A DNA stretch of 54,337 nucleotides from contig NC_068984.1 in NCBI RefSeq assembly GCF_001194135.2, positions 63,360,559 through 63,414,895 on the forward strand, read 5' to 3'. This document shows, one piece after another, positions 44,652-54,337 of the stretch. The notes under the pieces are model-generated. The model was not told where the DNA came from. It made no database searches and saw only the letters and a program-made list of their open reading frames with translations. Origin of the DNA: Octopus bimaculoides. Lineage: Eukaryota. How positions within the stretch are numbered: the stretch's first letter is position 1; each line of letters opens with the position of its first letter. Made by a program: the position numbers and the translations under genes.

Positions 44652-47600
44652 TCATATCTCATACTAAAAATACTAATTCTTGGCTACTTGTCTAGGCTAC
44701 TTTATATCGAAATATTCTCCTCACCTTTTCATTCTCCCTAAGTATTACTCTCATAACAACTCCAATAATGAAATTACAGCTATTAATTCTCCTCCTCTGT
44801 ATTTGTTGCACATTGTTACTAATTCTATAGCTCCTATTTCTAAAAATATGTCTGCCAAATTGTAACTGGGCACATTACAGAATTTACTGTAGTAGATTAG
44901 TTTCACTGAGAGGGCATACATGACTTTTTGGCAGTTAGCTATGGGAATATAGCATTTCTAATATAGGCTGTATCAAGTAATATTACAATATCATCAGGAT
45001 CCTGAAGATTTATTACAATTTATAATGAACCAGTTTCAGCATTATTGAAAACATTCAAAACAAATGCACAAATTAAAAATTTGCTTTATATGATAAAGTG
45101 CTAATATAATAATTTTCCCTCGAAATTATTACTTAATTCAGTGTTTTAATACGCATAATATATATGAGAAATGCATATTAACGATACTAATGGAAGGAAG
45201 TAAGAAAAGTATTCGTAGAGAACAGACCAGACACAATTTCTTTCATCAAAGGGCTAGTTAAAGATTTAAAAGAAAAAAATGACTATTTGTATTAAGACAA
45301 CAAGAAGTTATTTTTTTAAAGAATTCAGCACAATTTCTACGCATTAAGTTTAACTCATGATGATTGCAAAATTCAAGGTTCTGTTCAGTAAGGTAAAATG
45401 TTAAACCACGATAGTACGAAGCCAAATTTTTGATCGCACAGACATGTTTACGTTAAGTAGACGTGAGATATATTTTTTTATCAAATGTGACGGACGAATA
45501 TCGTCTGTAACGTTAGAAACAATTTGTATATTATCAACGTATGTTCATTTATCTCCTTGTATAATAAGCCATGTATCTTTGTATACATATTGATAAGAGA
45601 CTATATTATGCAATGAGAGCATCAAATTTAAATAGACATGTATATATATATATATATATATNNNNNNNNNNCAGGGTATCTAAGAGATACCGCCACGCTG
45701 AAAAATAGCAGTCAAATCTTGATTCTAAACCACAATAAATGTTCATATAGCACAAAAAAAGTGACGACGAAGACAAAATAAACTAGTAAAAATAACTGGA
45801 TAATTCTAGATCCCAGATTTCTGGCTTTGCATAATAAATGCTTTGCCTTCATCGGTGAAATATACTCAAGCACATAAATACAAATATATATATATAAACA
45901 TACAGTATACTTACATATACGAACGTATACATACATATATATGCACGTATGCACACGACTAGCTTAAATTGCCCGCCTAAAACTCCTCGTGCGATATGGA
46001 CAGAATATCAGCGCTGTAAATACACTGACAAAATAAATTTATATAAATAAGGATAAGATCGATATTTAAAACTTACACCTCCCCATGTGTCGTGCAACTT
46101 GAGATCTACAAGCTAAAATTTCTCCTCTAACGCGATTTAAATAAAGAATATTGCGAATCAGATATAACAATAAACCATGAGACTGTGCCTAATTTCCCGA
46201 TCTTATACCGACATATCGATGTATGTATTTTGTCTACTTCTCATTATCAGGTAATATTTTTCGTCATATTCTATCTTTTTATACTAAAATTATGCCTGCA
46301 TATCATATTCTACATTCGAAAACATCACCAATGTCAACAACAGAGATTTTATTTTAATCTTTCTCTCGTATGCTCACTAATGTGCCGCAGTGTCTAATAC
46401 TATGCATTTAAATGTATTGTTCTAATCATAAAATCCGAACCAATTTATTTGTATGCAGTAACCGTTGGAAATGGATAAAAAGGAATGAGGACTAAAGAAG
46501 GCCTTGATAATGTAAATGGCGATTTGATTGTTCTGGTTTGCAGCGATTTAAAATAAGGGCCATTTTACTGTCATTACTTGGTCAATCTTTCTAAATGTTG
46601 AAACATGTAACTACAGCACATTTATATTGGGCATTTAATAGAAACGTAATGTCTGCGTAAATCTTTATTTGGTTATATTAAAAATTCATCTGATTATAGT
46701 TGAAGACGAAATGGGTTAAACGTGTTATCTCTCGCAAATATGATAGAAATTCAAAGCAATCTAATCATAATAATAAGCATGAACTTCATACTAATTATTC
46801 ATGTCCATGCCAAATTCTATTTGTGTTTCACATGTGTTGCGTATTGCTAACTTGGCAACAAGGTTATCCATTCTCCTTTCCTTTACAATACTATTATGGC
46901 ATGTAAAGAATTCGGTATATGTATATCTAAAGACATACCATGACATCGATTTTATTGAATTATAAATGAAATATGAAATATTTACAAGAATTTGTTGTTT
47001 TTATATTTATTCTTCATTTAATAATTTGACGTGCTTTGTTGCCAGAGGCATCGATAACATTTGTAGTAAACGGATGATAGAATCAATTCCTATCACAATT
47101 TAATGTGTATATTATGGAAATACTGAGATATTCCGGTCTTTGTTCTTCTTTCAGATTGATATAACACGGGCTTTGTGGAATTATACAAGCAGAAAAATAA
47201 GGAAATTCCGAAACCCCGATTTCAATGCATATCATTAAGCGAGACATTTATTAAATCTGATAGGATGGAATATTAAGATCAATGGATTCATGACATATAT
47301 GGACTTATGAAAAATAGCTGAACATATCACTGTTGCACAAATTGAAAATATACAAATAAGTGGCTGCGAATAATTGCGCTAGAATGTATTTAATGTAAAT
47401 AACTTTAGAATTTGAATTACAAGCCTCGCTTATAGATTTCTATTCATCTTAAAAAGTAATATCCTACGATTAGAGATATATAATTTTTATTTAAGAAGAA
47501 AAACGACAAAGTATTGTTTACAAATTTGCAATGTGTATATTATAGACAAAACTTACATAACAGGCTAGCAATAACAGAGTGAAATACATTCCCATCTGAC

Positions 47601-47810
47601 AATTCATAGCTAATTAAATTCAAAACTATCCGCAATTAATATTGTTAATGACATATATTATTACTTGTAATTAATATACCTTTTATCTTCTTCATCGTTC
47701 TAATTAATATACTGAAATTAAATTGTCTATATCCATTCTATATAGACACTAATTAAAATACTTATCAGTTACATTGAAACAGCCTGTATGAAAACGTCGA
47801 ATGTATTCTT

Positions 47811-47958
47811 CTGTGGTTGAAGTGTTTGCCTCAAACTTACGAGTTTTCCTGTTCAATCCCTCTGCATAGCACATTGATCATGTTTATTCTGATATAGTTC
47901 TAAATTCAACAAATACAATGTCATTGAAATTGGGACAAAAGCTGTACAGATCGCCGAA
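47811..47958 (+). mobile_element. SINE family A head, highly diverged
   Basis: CTGTGGTTGAAGTGTTTGCC..TGTTCAATCCCTCTGCATAGCAC..GATATAG.. follows the order of the family A head. Confidence 0.4.
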
Positions 47959-50900
47959 GCAGCAATTAGGGGGATGAGGTTGTACATTTAATGTTATCTA
48001 CGTAACATTCCATGAGGTACTTAAGTTGCGCTAACAGTCATTATGGCCAAATCTCCTAGATTATCATAATTTAACTCCTTCTTTTCACCAATTTTGAAAG
48101 GGCCTCAGTAAGAGCGTTAATGCTGTCCTCTTTATCTGCCGAATTCACAGAAATATATAAAAATTCATTACAGACTACCTACAAATTACACTGTGTAACA
48201 CGATTTTTGCTCTTGAATAGCAACTCTTATTTTCTATTTGCTTATCTCTAGAAAGTATGAATAATGTTATTTCCTTCAAATTTTGAATTTGTTGCATTTC
48301 TTGAAACCTCAAGGAATTCCTTTCGGCACATTGCAATGATGTTCTCCCTCTACTCCCATGATCACATAGGCACATATTGTCAGCCAATAAGTGACATGCT
48401 GAAGTGGTTAAGGTCAAGTAACTGACAAGCAAATCTATGGTATTCAGCAGAATATTTGCTATAACGATATTTCTGCTTCAGCAATTCAGTTGTGAATCTA
48501 TCTGAAATATAATAGGAAATAGGTCAGTTTCAAAATATTGATGTCCAGGTCACAAAAGTAAAGTAGTCATTCATCTTGATTTCTTGATAAAAGTAAATAG
48601 GAAATAACACTTACTGAACAAAGGTAACAAAAAAAAAATGTTACTCAATGTTAGAGGACAGAGATAATTACTTTGCATATGTTTGATGCACGTTGCGTGC
48701 CGTAACATTCACGAAAACCAAGGGTGAATGTTAATTTAGAGTGTCGAAGAATGATCAAAAGTATATGACCGCATGTGTTATTTATACTATATCTTTAAGA
48801 TCATTTCAGATTATCGAGGTACACTCCTACATTTGAAGAGAACACGTTTGTTTGATCATTGTTCGACACTAAATTAACATTTACCCTTGTTTCTAGTGAA
48901 TGTTACGGCACGCTACGTGCATCAAACATATGCAAAGTAATTATCTCTTAAAAAGCATTTATTGTTATATATATTTTAATCTTATACTGTGTATAAACCT
49001 TAGATATCTATTTCACATTATGATCAAGGTAAGATATGTGAGGCATTATATATATACTTACACACTCACACGCACAAGCACACACACGCACACAGACGTA
49101 AACACACGTATGTGACAAGGAAGATATTTCACATCTCAGAGACCATTAGTCATGTCAACGATGAAATCTCTGTGTTTTATGTAGAGTTGCTGAATGGTAC
49201 ACAGGAAGGTGCCGCATCACTACAGCGATAATCAAAGTTTCAAAATAAGTGGAAATGAAGTATCATATAATTTCCATTTTATGACAATTTTAGTGCAGGC
49301 AAAACGTTTTCGTCGTAACTTACTGAACAACACAGATATCATTTAGTTTTTTGATGTAAGCATCAAGGATGCACTTCTCACTTCAATAATCAATATATAA
49401 GCAGATTTCTTTTCTTAGTAAATAGAGAAGAACATTTCATGTGAACGCTTTCAGATGCGTAACGATGCGAAAAGTAAAAATGAATCAAATTGCTTAACGG
49501 CTATTGATTCTTTATACAAATATTTATTCCATGGAATTCTTATTGTTGCAGCTGTTCTTTCATCTCAGGTCAATCCCGATAGAGTAAGCTTATACGTGGA
49601 CGGCTTTTCACCTCGAGAAAAGCATGCCGTCCTTAAGATTATCAAGGAATATTTTATCCTAACAGCTTCCCTTATTTTAGAATAAGAAGTCTGATTATGT
49701 GGCGTTTGAGCCAATATTGTTAGAGCGATGACAGGATACAGAATGAAATAGATGACAAAACGTTGTATAGCTTAAAATTTATTTTTACTATTAGTTTTCT
49801 TTAAAAAGAATGCTGAAATGGAAAAATGTATGAGGCTTCATAGAATTTAGTAACGGCGCTTTAAGAACAGAGGTTAAATACTGTCGAGGTTAAACTTCGA
49901 TTTTAGTACTACTAGGTACTAGTCAAAGGCCCGGGGCAATGTAACTAACACTCTCCTTCACGTGTTGCTGTCCTGTTGCATTTTCGTAGACTATTTAGAT
50001 AATTTGTGGGATTTAATTTATTTTAATTCATTATTTAGAATATTAAGAATGCCCGGTATATATATTATTACATGTAATTGACGGTATCTTATAACTAAAC
50101 GGTGTAGAAAGTAGCTACAGCATTCTTGAAGAGGGTTAGATTACTCGCATGTATGCACACATACATACATATCTATATATGAGAGAAATATAGAATATTG
50201 CTATGGTTGGAGTTAGATTTTCCATAGCAACTTATATCTTTTCGAAATGGCCGTAAGACTTTATACATAGACTTTATACATGTTCCAGACTCTTTATGAA
50301 TGATTTTACGTCCACTTTATCATCCTCTTCATTGATTCAAATTCGAACATTCGGACTTCTCAAGTACATTTATGGACTTATATTTTTATATATTTCTATT
50401 TAAGAATTTTTATGTGCTTATAAATTTTCATATGTCTATGAATTTTTATATATTTATACATTTTCGTGTACATATATGTATTTATGAATTCTTAGAATTT
50501 TTTTTATATATCATATAGATGAATGCTTCTAAGTATGTACTTTGTATACCTTGGATAATTTCGTTAATATGGATTGGATGAATATATACATCGAACGTTG
50601 TATTTGTTTTCTCTCCTCCTTAATTATATATATATATATATATATGACCTTATAAATATATATTTTAACTTATAACCCCTATCTAACCTCTCACTCATAC
50701 TCATACTCGAATTTCACAAGCATCGAATTATATTCGCGTATGTATATTTATAAATATACATACAGGTACATATTTAACGACCGTCAGGTATAAAATTATA
50801 TATGTATATGTAGCATTTATAATATATATTACGATATATATCAAATATGTTATAGTATATTATAATACATGCAATATATAATATATATTATACATATGAT

Positions 50901-50967
50901 ATATAATACATATCGACATAACTATAACACACACGCGCGCACACATATGCATGTATTCATATGAGAT

Positions 50968-51348
50968 GTTGGCACTCCGTCGCATACGACGTGGAGGGTT
51001 CCTGTTGATCCGATCAACAGAACAGCCTCCTCGTGAAATTAACGTGCAAGTGACTGAGCACTCCACAGACACGTGTACCCTTAACGTAGTTCGCGGGGAT
51101 ATTCAGCGTGACACAGTGTGACAAGGCTGACCCTTTGAATTATAGGCACAGCAGAAACAGAAAGTAAGAGTGAGAGAAAGTTGTGGTGGAAGAATACAGC
51201 AGGGTTCGCCACCATCCCCTGCCGGAGCCTCGTGGAGCTTTAGGTGTTTTCGCTCAGTAAACACTCACAACGCCCGGTCTGGGAATCGAAGCCGCGATCC
51301 TACGACCGCGAGTTCGCTGCCCTAATCACTGGGCCATTGCGCCTCCAC
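50968..51348 (-). mobile_element. SINE family C, full length (381 bp), with 11-bp target-site duplication
   Basis: Head GTGGAGGCGCAATGGCCCAGTG...GGCTTCGATTCCC. TCATATGAGAT (50957-50967) versus TCATCTGAGAT (51349-51359). 3' stem-loops GTTGATCCGATCAAC and CGTCGCATACGACG. Confidence 0.93.
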
Positions 51349-53424
51349 TCATCTGAGATAATATTGCGCTAATAGGCATGAGTGTTTTCATGCTCTTAAT
51401 TCAAGTGCGGAGATGCAAGTTCAGAATGACTATGATTACTATCCATCATGAGACATCTTCCAACCTGCAGCTGCTGCATTGAATCAGAGTAAATAATTCC
51501 AAAAGACCCATTTGATTTAAGATGTAAGGAAAAATATCCCTGAGCCTTTGTGAAAATATACACACATGATATATACGGAAATCGGTCCAAATAACGCTGC
51601 ACACAATATTCTTCTTCTCGGACAACAATTGAAAGCAAAAATGATTTACCCACTTGTCTGCACTCTCCGAGCACATTTAATCGATAATTTTCACTATTCG
51701 TACAATCATTTCCCAGCAAAAGTTGTTCACATTAACGTTATGCGGAGCATATTTTTATCATATTTTCCATTTTAATATCGTACCGATTGACTTCACATAA
51801 TTTATTTATGAACATGGGAGTGATTTCTTTTTCGATAAAGCGTCAAATTCATGTGATCTCTCAAAAGTTTCTCGGTAACTTACCACGAATTTATGAGTCT
51901 CTTTAATGTCATGGAAAATTCGATTAGAGCAATCCTACCTACATTTTTACTGTTGTTTCACACAATCATCTAAAACAAAAGGGAAAACTTATACATAAGC
52001 GTAACACCAAGGCACAAAATCAAATTTCAATATCTTTTCAAAAACATTTCAATAAAATACTCTCGATTTTCTACTCGCTTTTTTGTAGATATCGTATACT
52101 AATCAAACGAATGCCTTTTCATAGCCTTTCCTGTTACATCGTTAAGTGTTAATATACTGGATACTCCTCTTCCAGCATCTCCCACTGTCCGAGAAGCAGA
52201 GGAGAAAATACGGGAAACTTGGGAAACAAGATCGCAACATGTGCGAGTGTTTTTCTATCTTCTCCACCTNNNNNNNNNNNNNNNNNNNNNNNNNNNNNNN
52301 NNNNNNNNNNNNNNNNNNNNNNNNNNNNNNNNNNNNNNNNNNNNNNNNNNNNNNNNNNNNNNNNNNNNNNNNNNNNNNNNNNNNNNNNNNNNNNNNNNNN
52401 NNNNNNNNNNNNNNNNNNNNNNNNNNNNNNNNNNNNNNNNNNNNNNNNNNNNNNNNNNNNNNNNNNNNNNNNNNNNNNNNNNNNNNNNNNNNNNNNNNNN
52501 NNNNNNNNNNNNNNNNNNNNNNNNNNNNNNNNNNNNNNNNNNNNNNNNNNNNNNNNNNNNNNNNNNNNNNNNNNNNNNNNNNNNNNNNNNNNNNNNNNNN
52601 NNNNNNNNNNNNNNNNNNNNNNNNNNNNNNNNNNNNNNNNNNNNNNNNNNNNNNNNNNNNNNNNNNNNNNNNNNNNNNNNNNNNNNNNNNNNNNNNNNNN
52701 NNNNNNNNNNNNNNNNNNNNNNNNNNNNNNNNNNNNNNNNNNNNNNNNNNNNNNNNNNNNNNNNNNNNNNNNNNNNNNNNNNNNNNNNNNNNNNNNNNNN
52801 NNNNNNNNNNNNNNNNNNNNNNNNNNNNNNNNNNNNNNNNNNNNNNNNNNNNNNNNNNNNNNNNNNNNNNNNNNNNNNNNNNNNNNNNNNNNNNNNNNNN
52901 NNNNNNNNNNNNNNNNNNNNNNNNNNNNNNNNNNNNNNNNNNNNNNNNNNNNNNNNNNNNNNNNNNNNNNNNNNNNNNNNNNNNNNNNNNNNNNNNNNNN
53001 NNNNNNNNNNNNNNNNNNNNNNNNNNNNNNNNNNNNNNNNNNNNNNNNNNNNNNNNNNNNNNNNNNNNNNNNNNNNNNNNNNNNNNNNNNNNNNNNNNNN
53101 NNNNNNNNNNNNNNNNNNNNNNNNNNNNNNNNNNNNNNNNNNNNNNNNNNNNNNNNNNNNNNNNNNNNNNNNNNNNNNNNNNNNNNNNNNNNNNNNTGTG
53201 AGTGTGTGTGTGTATATACATATATATATATATATATATATGTTTGTGTGTACGTACGTATATGTATGTATATAGATCTGTATGTTGTACGTTACTCTGC
53301 TGTGTAGGACAGAGCCGCAAACCAATATAAACACACATGGTTACAAAATCCTGCTTACATATATTATATCCGTAGACACTTGTGAGTTCACGAAATGCAT
53401 GTGCTGGTATTTNNNNNNNNNNTT

Positions 53425-53496
<72 letters not shown>

Positions 53497-54080
53497 CATT
53501 GTAAGGAGAGATTAACTCACATCATGAATATTATTGGTTTTCATACATTTCTTAATTATCACAGTATTATGTAATAGAAATATTTTCATAAACGAGTATA
53601 CATGGATTCATATTAATCCTCGTTCTCACCACAACATTACAGACCGTAGAATTCTTCTCAACTTTCGCTTTTAGAAACTCATATTTATTTTATTTTTTAA
53701 ATTATATATAATCATATAATTTATACGGTAGATTTTCAACCAATATTTTTCTCTTTCAAAAGGATATACATGCATACATACATGAATAAATTAATACATA
53801 AATACACATATACATACTACACATGCTCATACATGCATCCATGCATACATACATGCATGCATACATACATGCATACATACATACATGTAAGTAGGTAGGT
53901 GTTTGCTCAGCAGGTCGTGTACTTGTTTGTGCATGTATCTTGTCATGGCTGTATACAAATACTTCTTATTTCATTTAATGTTTTCCACACTTCTCTTAGG
54001 TCAATATACGTCCTACAGACACACATATATACACACACACAGACACACATAGACACACACACACCCATACACACACATAC

Positions 54081-54240
54081 ATACGACGGGCGTCTTTCAG
54101 TATTTATCTACTAAATCCACTCACAAGGCCTTGGTCGACTTGTGGCTGTAGTAGAAAACACCCAAGGTGCCAAAAAGAAGGACTGATTCCGGAACCACGT
54201 GGCTGGGCAGCAAGCTTCTCACCACATAACCACGCCTGCG

Positions 54241-54242
<2 letters not shown>
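54081..54242 (-). mobile_element. SINE family A, 5' half
   Basis: The reverse complement GGCGCAGGCGTGGTTATGTGGTGAGAAGCTTGC...GTGAGTGGATTTAGTAGAT..CTGAAAGACGCCCGTCGTAT is followed by a microsatellite, with no 3' module. Confidence 0.85.
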
Positions 54243-54287
<45 letters not shown>

Positions 54288-54337
54288 GGTGGACCGAGGG
54301 TTATTTTTTTGGTGTGAATCAAAATGTGCTGGTAGTG

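Noticed and set aside
50512-50605. Third hammerhead-like remnant (AGATGAATG ... CATCGAACGTTG)
   Set aside because: It lacks C3/U4, lacks one A of GAAAC, and has no G10.1-C11.1 stem II. At best an unrecognisable relic.
51396-51719. 107-aa ORF with VLGECRQVGKSFLL resembling a P-loop
   Set aside because: The spacing is GxxxxxGKS (one residue too many) and there are no downstream Walker B or GTPase G3/G4 motifs. Likely coincidence.

Overview
AT-rich, repeat-dense animal genomic DNA from a gapped draft assembly (13 N-runs: 3991-4039, 5459-5468, 9499-9944, 11857-11972, 18294-18509, 23888-23994, 27455-27464, 35325-35465, 40164-40747, 41902-42210, 45662-45671, 52270-53196, 53413-53422; many are flanked by microsatellites). 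The SINE families and microsatellite load resemble an Octopus genome (inference from recall, not searched). No intact host protein-coding gene can be supported, and most listed ORFs are microsatellite or N read-throughs. Supported content: three or more tRNA-headed SINE families (about 20 copies or fragments), a 5'-truncated RTE LINE ending in three C2H2 fingers, a frameshifted gag-like LINE ORF1 (CCHC knuckle) lying between the head and tail of a SINE, a Gmr1-like Ty3/gypsy derivative with INVERTED LTR ends, a tRNA-Pro PBS and a 4-bp flanking repeat, two Tc1/mariner transposase relics, MITE-like elements, and an 88-bp-arm palindrome. The most interesting signals are two unrelated hammerhead-ribozyme-like cassettes in head-to-head inverted pairs (2042-2556 and 42679-42945). 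The first lies downstream of a tRNA-like Pol III head, which suggests a SINE that carries a ribozyme and is moved by Penelope-type machinery.
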